Shown: positions 1-13,300 of the stretch, in pieces
Layout: each line of letters starts with the position of its first letter
Numbering within the stretch: position 1 is the first letter of the stretch
NCBI GenBank assembly: GCA_964187785.1
Contig: OZ076409.1
Span: 13,704,001 to 13,768,000, forward strand
DNA from: Amphiscolops sp. MND2022
Lineage: Eukaryota
Direction: 5' to 3'
Length of the DNA stretch: 64,000 bases
Position numbers and translations under genes: made by a program
Notes under the pieces: model-generated
The model's database searches: none
The model's input: the letters and a program-made list of their open reading frames with translations, nothing else
What the model was told of the DNA's origin: nothing

Positions 1-420
1 AACATCAAAAAAATGCAGGGGGGACCCTTTGAGGAAAAAAAATTTCGAAAAAAAAATTCCGAAAAAAATGTCTCGCAGTGCCGAAAAAAATTGAAAGGGG
101 TGACTCTTTGGTCTCTCCCGGTATGGTATGTTACGCGGAAAAACAGGTAAAACCATTTTGGTCCAGTTCGCTAGGCCAAATGGTGCAATTTGACACCATA
201 ATATTTTGTAGAACTTTTAAGAACTATTTTGGTCAGTTCGTGTGGATAGAAAAAAAAGAGTCACTATAATAGTCGCGTTTCACTTCATGAAGCGCCGACT
301 AAAAATGAAGGTAAGGGGACCCTTCGCACTAACTTAGATGCGTTTTCGAGGCATTCGTTTGGTTGAACAAACAGCAAATTTTAGAATTCGTTGCATTCGC
401 ATCCGTCTTAAAGAAAAACA

Positions 421-994
421 AGCCGGGACCGGCCCAAGTCGGCGTCATATCTAAGGCTCAAAAATAGCAAAAGGACTTCCAAGTGTCAATTTACAGTACT
501 CGAAAGTCGAAAAACCAAAAAATGGACCGAGTGGCGCGCCGGGGCCCGCTAGGCGAGCCCCTGGCGCGCTAAAAGGGGTACACTTCCGAAATTGTCAACA
601 TTTTTGTCGCACTTGAAGGGGGCCTTTGGAGAAAAAACAAATTTTAGAAAAAAATCTCAGTGCCGAAAAAAACTGAATGAGGGGGACCCTTTGGGATTTT
701 TAAACACCCAATCTGTTGCAAAATATCAAAGAAAATGAAGGGGGACCCTTTGGTGAAAAAAACTCCGAAAAAAGTCTCGCAGTGCCAAAAAAATTGTAAG
801 GGGGACCTTTTGGTCTCGCCCGGTATGGTGTTACGCGGAAAAACAGGAAAAACCTTTTTGGTTCAGTTCGCTAGGCCAAATGGTGCAATAATATTTTGTA
901 GAACTTTTAAGAACTATTTTGGTCAGTTCGTGCGGATTGAAAAAAAAAGAAAAGTCACTATAATAGTCGCGTTTCACTTCATGAAGCGCCGACT
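421..994 (-). mobile_element. Non-autonomous Helentron/HINE (DINE-1-like), family A
   Basis: Subterminal IR AGTCGGCG..CGCCGACT, terminal hairpin GCCGG-GA-CCGGC at 422-433 and T/A-run flanks. A further partial copy lies at 1-300. Confidence 0.65.
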
Positions 995-1895
995 AAAAAT
1001 CGAGTGACTGTATGACTGCCTTTTTTATTCCAAAAGCGCCGACTAAAAATTGTCAGCCACAAAAGTTTCTTGAAATTTTATCTAGTTTACAAGTTCGTTT
1101 GAATTATCTACGACCTATATTGAGAAAGTTGGAAATTGCAGATTTTTGGGAATATATAATTGAAATTTGAGTTTATCGATATTTTAGAGGCCTAATTTCA
1201 GTTGTTTGGAAATTAAAGTTATTCGGAGATTCCTTATAATCTCCAGAACCTAGTAAATTGTCCTGATCGAGAGTTTGGTTTGAATTTTAAAAAATGCATC
1301 ATATTTTGTGTATGAGCACTGCAATATATGTATTAAGGTGGGCTATATGAATGGCATTTAGAAAATTGATGATTCTGATTTGAAATCGAAAAGGTTTTTC
1401 AATCAAATCATATCAGCTTCTTCCGGTAATTTGGGGGCAAATGATTGACTGAAAATTTTTCTAAAATACTTTTTCAACTGAAAATCGAGAAAACGTGCAA
1501 ATTTGATGAAATTTTTCAAAATTCACAATTTCTAACTTTTGTGATTTTTGTCGCAGGAAATCCAAACAAAAAAGCTACAAAAAATTGTAGGAAATTTTTC
1601 TAGTTGACAATTTTTGTATTCGTGACAGTTTTCAAGTTATTTGGATTTGAAATTTGTTTTTTTAAGCAATGGAGTTTGGAACGCTACTGTTTTCTAACGA
1701 AAGCTTCGACTGGAAGTTTGAAAAGTCTAGGTCAGAAATGAATCCATCAAATACTTATCAAATAATAGAAAATAATTATCAACTGAAATTATCTCTCGAA
1801 AAAGTTTTGAAAACAGTCATTGCTCGACATAGGTTTTCACAGTTTTTGACTTCCATTAATGCCAACTAATTTTCTGAAAAGTATTGATGTTTTAG

Positions 1896-2711
1896 GTGAG
1901 AAAGGCTTCGGCTACAAAAGTTGTCCTTTCCACAGAATTATCCCCGAATTCATGTGCCAAGGAGGCGACTTCACGAACCACAACGGAACAGGCGGAAAAA
2001 GCATCTACGGAAAGAAGTTCGCCGATGAAAACTTCGAGGTAACGTTTGCTCATCAAATTACTGACAATTTTACATGGTTTTTTCTTGAAATCCACGGTAT
2101 CCATTGTAATTAAAACACCCTGCCTGATTGATGTAATGCTGAAATAAATCCATTAGACCTCCTATTAAGCGTAATTAAATATTTGAACTCTTCGACTAAG
2201 TTCAATACTGAAAGACCAACGACCAAAACCATCGAATAATTCGAACTTTTCTGACTCATTTATCTGCCGTTTAGCTGTTACAGTTATATCCGCCTAATTC
2301 GTATCGCTAGGGATCGACTGAAATAGTACAAATAATGAGGAATCACTGATGATATTACTGTGGTCGTCGCGAAATGGGGATCTCAGATACAAAAGAATTA
2401 AACGAAGATCCGAGTTATCCGGATAGGAATGAACCGGAGTTGACTGTATAAGCATTGACGAAATGTTCTTTTGTTTACAGGTCAAACATACAAAGCCATA
2501 TTTGCTTTCCATGGCCAACTCGGGCCCCAACACGAACGGAAGTCAGTTTTTCATCACGACTGCAGTCACCTCTTGGTTGGACGGGAAGCACGTGGTCTTT
2601 GGCGAGGTCATTCAGGGCAGTGACGTAGTGAGAAAGATGGAGGCCGTGGGAACCAGTAGTGGCAAACCCTCCGAATCTGTTTCTATCGCCGAGTGTGGAG
2701 AAATTAAATAG
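1896..2711 (+). CDS. Cyclophilin-type peptidyl-prolyl isomerase (PPIA/PPIF-like), last two coding exons 1896-2038 and 2481-2711; 5' exon(s) not seen in the window
   Basis: [39 protein letters not shown] joins in frame to [39 protein letters not shown] across a GT(2039)..AG(2480) intron. Confidence 0.95.
2281..2446. mobile_element. Tc1/mariner/pogo-type MITE in the cyclophilin intron
   Basis: TA-CAGT..ACTG-TA with imperfect TIRs. Similar elements lie at 37151-37316 and ~41233-41388. Confidence 0.6.
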
Positions 2712-3197
2712 CTGTGGACCTCATGCAGTTTGGATAGCGCTTTACCTGGGTTGGTCGCGGTAAAGAACCATTAGCCTCCGCGAAAGTTTTGATTTTCGAC
2801 GGGCAAAGCAGTGTTTGTTGCGTAGAACGCCAAAACTAATCCAGTTCTTTAAACTGAGATACAAACTATGATGAGTTGAACTTATTTTTGAAACTTGAAT
2901 TCTTGTTTGAAATTATCAGACGTTTCAATTTATTTTCATTTTCGTATTTGTGAATAGCTGAATTTTTTATCCAAGAAAACTTAAAATGTGTGGGAACGCT
3001 GAAAATTTCACTAGTTTTTGTTATTTTAGGTGGAATATTCGAGGCTTTGAGATGTTAAGCGGAAAATGAATTCATGATCTAGAATAAAATAGATGTTGAA
3101 TTTTATCTATCATAGTGTCAATAATTCGTTTCTTTGATGGCAGTTTTTTTATGCCATTCATTTCTATGAATTATTATTTCACCTGAGCCGAACCTTG

Positions 3198-4063
3198 GGC
3201 TCTTTTCTGTACCCCCCCACCGCCAAAATTTTTGAATATAAATTTCCTTAAAAAAAGATTAACCTTATTAAAAGTAAAACCTTCTTTCATAACAGGAAGT
3301 TAACTTCTATTAGAGTAGTTTTCCGCTTGAACAAAACATTGTTCACACATTTTCACTGTGATTATGTTCGTATCAAGTGTTTATTGATGACTCAAAACAG
3401 GAAGCTGTTGATGGTTACATGACATTTCGTCCTATGCAATTTCAACCTATGCACTTTCAACCGTTGCCATTTCAACCGCTCACAATTTCAACCTATTGCA
3501 TTTTCAACCGTCCGCCATTTCGACCTAAACTAATTTTGGCTATTTAGTCTTAATTTGGGTTGAGCTATTCTTTCAGTGTAATAATTACTAATGAATCAAA
3601 CAGCCTTAATCAATTGTAATTATTCATGAAGAAGCCAAAACGTATCAAAACTGGCGTAAAAATTAGCACATTTGAATTTAGAAATGTATGAAAGTTAAAA
3701 CCACCAAAATAATTATGTGACTAATTAGGATCCATTACCTAAATTAGTTTAGGTCGAAATTGCGAACGGTTGAAAATGCAATAGGTTGAAATTGTGAGCG
3801 GTTGAAATGGCAACGGTTGAAAGTGCATAGGTTGAAAATGAATAGGATGAAATGTCCTGACACCGCTGTTGATTTCTTCATCAAAAATGCGTAGCTACAT
3901 AGGGAAAAAGTGTGAACAAAGTTTGTATCTGAATCCTAAACTATCACCCTTAGAATAAATTTAAAACTGAAGCTTTCTTGTTTCTATCCAAGTCCATTTG
4001 TTATAAGATTTTCACTAATTTTCCAAAAAAAATTTGGTGGTGGGGGGGAAACAGAAAAGAGCC
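3198..4063. mobile_element. MITE with ~35-bp TIRs and 8-bp TSD GAACCTTG
   Basis: GGCTCTTTTCTGT.CCCCCCCACC..GGTGGGGGGG..ACAGAAAAGAGCC; TSD at 3190-3197 and 4064-4071. Confidence 0.8.
3413..3864. mobile_element. Foldback/Mutator-like MITE nested in the previous element
   Basis: ~125-bp TIRs built from TTTCAACC subrepeats; 9-bp TSD GCTGTTGAT at 3404-3412 and 3865-3873. Confidence 0.85.
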
Positions 4064-4390
4064 GAACCTTGGACTCAAATTTGAACATAAAATTTTTGTG
4101 ATGTCTTTCGTTGAAAAATTTTTGTCGGTGTGCGGGTTTTTTGAGAGTCAATGAATAAAATGTTTTTCAAATGGTTCGGTTATATATCAAGCAATGCAAG
4201 CGTTCATTCGAGGTATTTTTTTGGACGCACGTGCGAAATTCAATGTATTATAAATGGCAGCTGCGTCGTGTGCAGTTTGTTTTTGAACAGCAAGAGAATC
4301 GTCAATCTTCTGTTGTACAATCTCAGCACGGAAGCAGTTATCTAGCATCCAACCCACAAAGAGCGGCCTCACCTTTTTGTGGAGCAGGCC

Positions 4391-7300
4391 ATGACCAGGG
4401 CCGAAGACAAGTATGACTTGCAGCTTGTGCATACCGTTACAGACAAACCCATCAAGCACCAGCCGTGGTTAGTCTCACGCTTGGCAAAAGCGTTTTTTTT
4501 TCTTTTAAATTCAAAAACATCTAACGTGGGATCTTTTATCCCAAACGTGTTTCATTGATAAACAAGATGGGAACGTCTAAAGTCGGCGCTATATCTAAGG
4601 CTCAAAAAGCGGTTTTTAAAATATGCCCAGGATGTTTTCAGGAAAAACTCAGAAAAGTTTCGAAACACCGTAAAGGCGCCTTTCGTGCTCGGAAAACGCT
4701 TCAGCCTGTGCGAATTTGAGCTGAGCTCTCTTTCGAAGTTAGGCCCAGTCCCAATTTGAAGCAAAATTTAAATTGACGAGGCTCAGATTTCTCTAGAATT
4801 TCAAGGCAGGTTTTGCGTGATTTGAGACTGAGTGAAGTCGGTTTCGCTAAATTTGTCAACGGCCAAGACTGTAAGCTTAGGAGTGAACTGTGTAATTTGT
4901 AGTCTCTTCGAAATTCGCACTATGAATAATTTTCGTTACAAGATCGGCTACTCAGAGTTTCAAAAATTTGCACTGTAGTAGCAAGCCACTTTTTGCTCCA
5001 ATATTTGTTTGCTCCATAATTTATACCAATTCGTCTTTATGTTGTTCGTTGCTTTAATCAGCTTACGATTGTTTGTAAATTGTTTGGCATTTTCAGGTTA
5101 GGTTGCCTATAGAAGGGATTATTACACGTCAATGGTTTTTTCACCAAAATCTTTTTTCACCATCGAGAAATGTAAACTTCGATTGGCCAGCATTGGGGTT
5201 GTGCGTTATTCAGGTATAAAGAGAGGCTGAGAGAAAAGCGCATCAAAGAAACACCGGGTCACAATCCGCACCCCCATCTGGTGGGATCAGAATGGACGTT
5301 TGTCAAAGACGGATTGGACGACTTCAGAGACGGCTATCCCCCAGAACCCACTGGCGGGGGACTCATAAAAGTGAGTGAGTCCCAACAATCATTCCATGAA
5401 ATTGTTGCTCGAAATGGTGCCATTAACCTCGACAATACACCGAGATGTTGAAAATTTACAAAGCTTTCATCCACGAATAGCTTCGTCGGGTCTTTCAAAT
5501 ACCGGTCGTACTCATAGCTGAAGCTTCATTGAAAAAACTTACGTATGCGTTTTCAATGGTGGCCTACTGTGTTACCAGAGTGGGACGGTAACTTAGCAAG
5601 CATATGCTCAGTTATTGAGAAAAGCAAAGCTTCTGAAATGAATTTTTTGCAAACTTCAATTTTTTTCCATATACTTTTTTGCCTGTGGCTCGGAAAAAAC
5701 TAATATTGACCCAAATAACAACTCACTCCAGTTAGTCCAATAATTTGTCGATAAAAAAAGACAATGTTTTGTTTTTCCTATATGCTTTCTGTGTTTCGCT
5801 GTCCTCATTTGAAGACGAAATCACTGTTGAGGTTATATAAAACAATTTTACCAGTTTTTTTACATTTTCAGGCGTTATTCTGAAATGAGCAATGATAAAA
5901 GTGCAAGTGTTTTAGAAATTACATCATCTTGGAGCTGCCATGTTTCTTGATGTTTCAGCCCATGAATGGAGTGGCTCCTCAATTGCAGTCTTATCACAGA
6001 CAACCTAAGCAGCAGGTCAAACCTAACTTAACTAAACATCAGGTGCTATACAGCAAAACGCTCCCTGGACAAGAAAGACGGAGAGCGTACCTGGATTCTT
6101 TAATCGATGGCTTGAAGCAGCATCCTTTAGCACTCTATTCTCACATAGAGGAATCCGTTCCACCCGAGGTTAGACCCCCCATCGCCCAATTAATATGCAA
6201 GGTGCTCTCTGGCTATGATCTTTGATTTTGTTCAATTTCGTTGGAGCAATTGAGAAACGAGACGTTTCTTGATGATTTGCTTGAAGTTGATTGGGAAAAT
6301 TGTTTTGCTGTATTCCCAAATTAGTTTTTGGTTGATTTCCAAAAAGCATAAAAGCACATCAAAAATAGTGTTCTCTGCTGTCGCGCAGCGACGTGCCACT
6401 GCTATTCCAGCAGCTGGTTTTGACAAAGGCCAACCCGTAGGGGCCCCGGAATGAAAAAGGCCGAGTCATACAACCAGTTTGCTGTGAACATAAATTTACG
6501 ATAAATGATACTAATTTCATTTTCATGTTATTTGCTTTTATGCTATTTGGTACGCAATGTTCAATTTTGCTTGTGTGGTTTTGCCCTAAATGGACGAGGC
6601 AATTTTCTCCGTTGGCATTTTTTTCGCCACACTGGCTCAGGACTTTGCGCTAAAACCTTGCACGCCTCCTGTCTCTGATTGCATTTCAGCGTGTTTCAAA
6701 ACATGCTAGGGCCGCTTTGACCCAATTAGAGGTGCACCGGACAGGAAAATTTTCGTACGGCCGGACAATCAGACAGGACAAAATTGAGCCGGATACCGAC
6801 CAGACCGGACATTATCCTCAATTGTAAGCTTCAGAATTGGGCAATGCGAATTACGAAAAACGAAGCAGGCTTTTACCACCGAGCGTTGAAAAACTATTTT
6901 CCCTCCGCCATAATTTAATGAATTTTGATTCACAGTCACAAATTCAATTTTTCGATGCACATACTCTTTTTCTAAAGTAGATATTCCATTTTTTAGGATT
7001 TTTATTAAGATGATATCCGGCCGGACATTGTAAAAAGTCCGGTCGGAATCCGGACAGGACATTTTCCTGAAATCCGGCCGGATACCGAACCGGACTTAAT
7101 GTCCGGTACACCTCTAGACCCAATCATGATACCAGTGGGAAACTGGATACCACAAACGGAAACTGGAAAAACCGAAAATCTGCGCTCGTTTTTCGATTTT
7201 TTGGTCAAGTTTTCTTGATTTCGGAGACATCAAGTCAATATTCCATGAAAAAACGTGCAATGCTATGTAATATCATCTGAAAATCGTATTCAAGAGTTTT

Positions 7301-10300
7301 CTGTGCATACGGTCAGCTGGCGCCTTCAGAAGTTTGCAGGAACTAATTGGTACGAGAGCGTACCATCGTCCACTTAGGATTAAGTGGTTTTGAAGGCTCT
7401 AATTTGAGATCGGACCATGAAATAGCTTCGCTAGCAAAGACGATAGTGAAATAATTACCATAATTTTTGGGTTTCAGTTGTTTGAAGACCTGATAGATGT
7501 CTTGGACAAAGAGATGAAGCTGGGCGATGTAGTCACTGATGAGTACAACCAGGTCCACTACCAAGAAGAAGAAGAGGACGACGAGGAGGAAGAGCAGGAG
7601 CAACAGGACGGGGGTGCAGATGCAGACGGGGAAGAAGATGGCCCCAATGCTGGCCTCACCCACCAACAGATAGAAGAGGCAGACATGTGAGTTTATTCAT
7701 TCCCTAGTGGGGGTGTTTTTCCCAACGAAAACTGAGAAAAATCTGGGGTCTTATCTGTTAATCCAACACATTAGGCGCCGAAAATTTAATGCCTACCCCA
7801 ATATGAGCGATGAATTTCAGCTGCAATTAGATTTACCAAATACTGCAATTTGATTGGTTGTTACTATTAATTCAATGATAATTTTACTTGACCGCTCAAC
7901 TGGGGGGATTAACAGGAAAATCCAAAATCTGTATCTCTTGTCCGTCATCATTAGGTTCCTTTAAAATGAAAATATTTCATGAGCGAGTAATATTGCGAGG
8001 GTTACAAAAAGACGTTCAATTAGCTCAATTAGCATGTGCAATAACTTTCGACGGAGCTAGTGATAGATCGTTTGTTTCTTTTCCTTTTGCATACAAATGA
8101 AGTGGTGCAAATTTGAAAGAGTTTTTGAATTTCAGTGGCGTAACTCATGAATCTGTGAGGATACATGGCGAAGACAGGTTGGCGGCAGGTGTGGCCACTG
8201 ACGACGCCTCAGTTCCGGCCTCTGCTTCGGCCAGAAACGACTCTGCCACTGAGAAGACAGAGGAGGCCGACATCGATCTGTGAGTAGCCAAAGTTTTCAT
8301 TTCTGCGATGGTAACCGTGACTTTAGCCGCTCGATAATATAACCGAATGGTAATATAGAAGAATTTGCATGCATTGACTTTCGTTTACTCTGGTCGATTG
8401 CAAACTTATATAATAGTTTCATTTAAAGATCACTGTCGACCAATCACAATTGAGAATCCTATTCGTTTCTGCTATAAATTGTTTCTGCATTATTATCGAC
8501 CGGCTATACTCCCTATCACCTTCTGCGATATCAGGAATAATTTAGAATATGGAAGGAGGAGTTTTTTCAGCCAGTATCAGACGAGTATGTTCCTTACCTA
8601 CTGAAAAAGATTCAGATATTTTGTTCGGCAGTGAGTATGAGCGTGAGATTTAAATTTATCGTTCTCGAGCTGCCGACGACAATCTTTGACAAAGCGAACG
8701 TCCGCCGCCGCCGCATCAATTAAGCGAACGGGTATTAACTATCTGTACGCCGAGAGCTTCGCCTCTGTTCAAATACGATTGCGAAACGTCATATACACCT
8801 GGTAGTTGTGTTCTTTTGTTCAAGTAATGAAGCATATTGTCCGGGAAAACCAAAAACAGTGGAAACTGGTAGAATGATTGATTTTGCGTTTTACAATGAA
8901 TTGACCGGAGTGTAAACTTATTGAGACAATGTATGTTTTTGTTTATGAACTTTGAAGTTAATGAAAATTGTAGCCTAAAGCAGAAATAATACTGAGCCCC
9001 GCAGTAAATTTTTGTAAATTGCAAATCTATTGAATTCTTTTTCAAAGTGAAATACATATATATTGGACATATACAACAGGCCAAACTGTTGAGGAAAATT
9101 GAATTGTTTTTTTGAAACTTCTGAAACTTAATCTCTCTGAATTTTTTAGAAGAATTTTTTTGTATGGAGATTTGAATACATGTAAGTTAGTGAATCGGTA
9201 TATGAAAATATATATTTCGTTACATTTAAAAGGGTAGATATGTAAAAAAAAATCGGTATACAAAAATATGCTTCATTGTAATCCTTCTCTGAAAAAGAAC
9301 GCAGGCCCGGACATGCTAGGGATATCTGTGTATTCCATATACAGAATTTTTTGCATAAAGTGGGTTTCAAATGAATTTGATTTGTATGATCATGGTGTAG
9401 GTTGGCTAGATGTGATGACGAAGAACTGAGACAAGCGGCTCTCAGACAAGAGACCACAGAACAAGTGTTCAACTGGCCCAGTCTCGCCAGGGCCAAAGAA
9501 CTCTGGTTTGTTGCTCTTTTGCGCCAAAAACTATCTGTTCTGTTCTACTGTCTCTCTCTCTCGCTCTCTATTCGAACTAACGCATCTGTTGTTTGGTGTT
9601 TGGCCCTGTTTTGTTTCAAAAGCCATCCAGACATATAATGTTTGAACTAAATTTCGCAAGCATCATAACCTATTTGTTCTAACGATAATATGAAAAATAA
9701 TTTCAGTAGCTCATACTTAACTTCAGTTCTGAACAATTTCTGACTGCAAAATATTCGATGTGAGCTTGCCAACTTGGTCCGTAACATTTTTGTTTTCTTG
9801 AATGATTGTTTGAACAGATTAACATAGCATTCAGGTTAAGTCATAGCTCTCCGTTAGCCGATGATACCATTGTCAAGCATATTTTTAATATTTTTACGCG
9901 ACTTTAAATTTTAAAACGGGCAACTTTTCCGACTAGAGTGTCTTGACAAAACTCTCTAGGAGCTAAGGTTTTTGCACAAAGCGAACTAGTATTCGCTAAT
10001 CAATCGTCCACAGAGAGCTCCACCCGTATTCAATTGTAAAACAAAAGCCATCAAAGAGTACTACGAAGCTTATAGTGCACAACACAGTTTTGACGTCGCT
10101 AATTTTTTTCGCTAATGGCTAAACCGCTATTTTTAATATTTCTGCTTTAGCAGGGATATTATTGTAACCTCAAACTTTCTACTTTTTTTTCAGTACAAAT
10201 TTTTCGGACGATCTGAATAATTCAGATATTTTGTTCGGCAGTGAGTGTAAGCGTGGGAAAGCTGCCGACAACAATTCAATTCTAGTGCGATGGAACGAGC

Positions 10301-13300
10301 GAGTGGTAATTATCCATTCGTATGCTGACGTCATTGAGATGAAGCGAGCGAATGTTCGTAATTGTGCTTTCGTTGCCCCGAGTTATTGAGATGAAGCGAA
10401 TGAGTGTTAATTATTCGTTCGTTGAGAGCTTCGCCTGCATTCAAATGCGAATGCGAAACTTCGTCTACGCTTAGTAGTTATATTGTGACGTCATGATGCA
10501 TGACATCAAGAATTTTATATTTGCTAAACTTCGTGACCTAATAGCATGACAGATGTCATTCTAATCAGAAGTTAATACTTCATTATCAAAATGCTAATAT
10601 TTCATTATAAATGTAATCCCTCCAAACTTCATCCTATAATGATTTGAAGTCTATTTAATCTTATTATTGATTGATGTACTAACTAATTCTGTATAATCAG
10701 AGTAACTCGAATGTTGTAATCAACCAGTACTCTCATCTTGAAGAGAAAGTAAATCTGAGATCTCAGTCTAAGTAGTACTCCTCAGTTCAGTGAAAGTATA
10801 GCTAGCTAGACGGTATTCTGTTAAGACTTAGAAAAGAACTTCTTATGTACTTCTTAAATGAAATAACATCTAACATAAGACAAGTCTTAAACAGCTCAAT
10901 TGGTGCGACCACGAAAATTCTCTTCTCTCTTCCTCTCATACCTCAACTTCATTCTTCTTGTACACAATTTCTTAACTTTCTCATACGCTATTTCTTCGTT
11001 CGACACACTGTTTCACCTCCTCTTTCTATTGTATATCGATACTAACTTCTCTCATGGTTCTGACTACGTCTTTTCGTAATTCCTGTCAGTTACAAATTTT
11101 CGGTTCTGACTGCGTACTATCGTAATTCCTGTCAGCAAAATTTTTGGTTCTGACTACGTTCACACGTAATTCCTGTCAGTTAATTTTTCGTTCCAACCAC
11201 TACAAAGTGAATTCGTGTTGGTTTCCTTTTCATTTCCGTTCCAACCGCAGACGTGCGATTCGTGTTGGTTTTTCAATCGTGCTATCCGGCGATTCCTGCT
11301 AGTTAAATACTCTGGTTCTAGCCGCTTGGATCAACTCCTCTCAGAGTTGGCACATAACATAACATTTTCTCTCATCTCATAAAATAACATCTTTCCTCCT
11401 TTCAACTCTTACAATACTCATAACTATCTTTTTCTCTAACTCTCTAATACACTATAAATTTTCTCCTTTCTTAAACACTGCCGCGGATCAATAATACACA
11501 TTTCACCTTTAGAACTTTTAATAGTACACATTTCACTTCTAGAACTCTATAATTAACCTTCAGTACAAAATTTCAGTATAACCTTTTAGTACAACATTTC
11601 AGTATAACACATACCAAAATACAATCCAAAAATTTCATATAATTATAGTACATTATTTCTTTTGTTAATGCCTTCAGCTGATAAAATAGTACACTTCTTA
11701 ATTCTTCTTTGGTTCTCTCTTGGTATCCTTGCTGGTATTGCACTTTTCTTTGACAGATTTTTAGTCCCTTTTATACCAAGATTATAATATTTTACATTAA
11801 TATTTTACAATAGAATAACAAAATATTAACCCAAACTTTATATAACTCTTAAGAATTATTACCCTATATAACTCTTAAACCACTCTTATTTTCTATGATA
11901 CAAGCTATAATACTTCCTCTTTTTGGCATTTTTGGAATATATTACACAATTTGTACCTTATTATCACTGACATCCAATAAATTCCTGCTCTTACCTTTAA
12001 CCCTAATCACTGTTTTCCTACAAATAGCATTCGTAGATATAATACTTCCATACCCCATCAATTTTAACACAAAACACATTTTCACCCAATATCTATTTCC
12101 TATAGTAAACAATTTCTACTATGATTTGTAACGAAATTACATAATGCTTCCAAATCCATTCACATTTTCTTCACAACAAAGATCTTTTCGCTCAACCACC
12201 CATGATATAACACCCTTTTTACATAACCTAATCTATCAGTACACCAATCCACTTCCATTTGAAACAGAAACACATTCTATTCATACAATATCATTGCTTC
12301 GAGAACACTTAGATGCATACCTTTATTACTTTAGATACAAAACATTGGAAATCACACAATCACAACAACCCTTCCAAGTCATTTTCAATCCAATACCAGG
12401 TATTAACAATGGAACCTTCTATAGAACTATCCATCCTCGAAACTTAATTTTACCAATTCAAAATATTTTCACAAGCTACATTAACCAACTTATTGAACAT
12501 AATGAAAATTTAGACACACCTATATACAGACCATCTCTCCTCGAAGAATTGAAAGAAAAGGTAGACCTTTTTGAAGTCCCAGATTTAGATACAAAAATAA
12601 TACGCCACAACAACCCTCACTACTGGCTTCAACAAGATATTTTACAAGTAACAACTTTTCAATACAAATTCTTCAAAAATATTACACTAGATGATGATAC
12701 AATACCACAAATTAAAGTCTTCTCTCACTTTCTTTTGAAATTCTTCAGATTTAATTATCAACTGATATGGGAACCAAAAGACCAGAATGCATATATACAT
12801 TTTCCTCAAATACTAAATAAAACTGAACTTTTACCATTTATCATTCAAAACAACTCCAAACATCCTTATTACAAAAACTTCACTACACTCCATCCATCTC
12901 ACATTGAAGCTATAGAACTTAATACCGATTTTCTTATAGAACAATCTGAAACTTCAGATAGCCGACCTTATACAAACTTATTTCAAAACAACACAATGGA
13001 AGAAGAAAACCAATCTTCTGAAATTTCTGATAATCCACACTATACGCACTCAACACAAGACCACAACATTACCGATGAAAACGTAATTCAACATCAACCA
13101 ACAACTCCAAGACATACATCCCAAATAACACATGATCCAACAGAATCAGTACAAGACACAATTACAAACCCACCTAATACTTCTAGTACAACTACGGACT
13201 CCAATGCTCTTCAAGTACCTACTCGAAATATCACAGAAACTAACACTCATCTTTTCAATCAAGAAAACCCTTCTACTATCTCTATGACTAATGACACTGA

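Noticed and set aside
78..1007. Short similar ORFs (also near 37651, 38668, 40133 and 49625)
   Set aside because: They are chance frames in the non-autonomous repeat family and are not frame-conserved between copies.
9400..9640. Possible solo LTR
   Set aside because: TG..CA-like ends are present but there is no TSD or second copy in the window.
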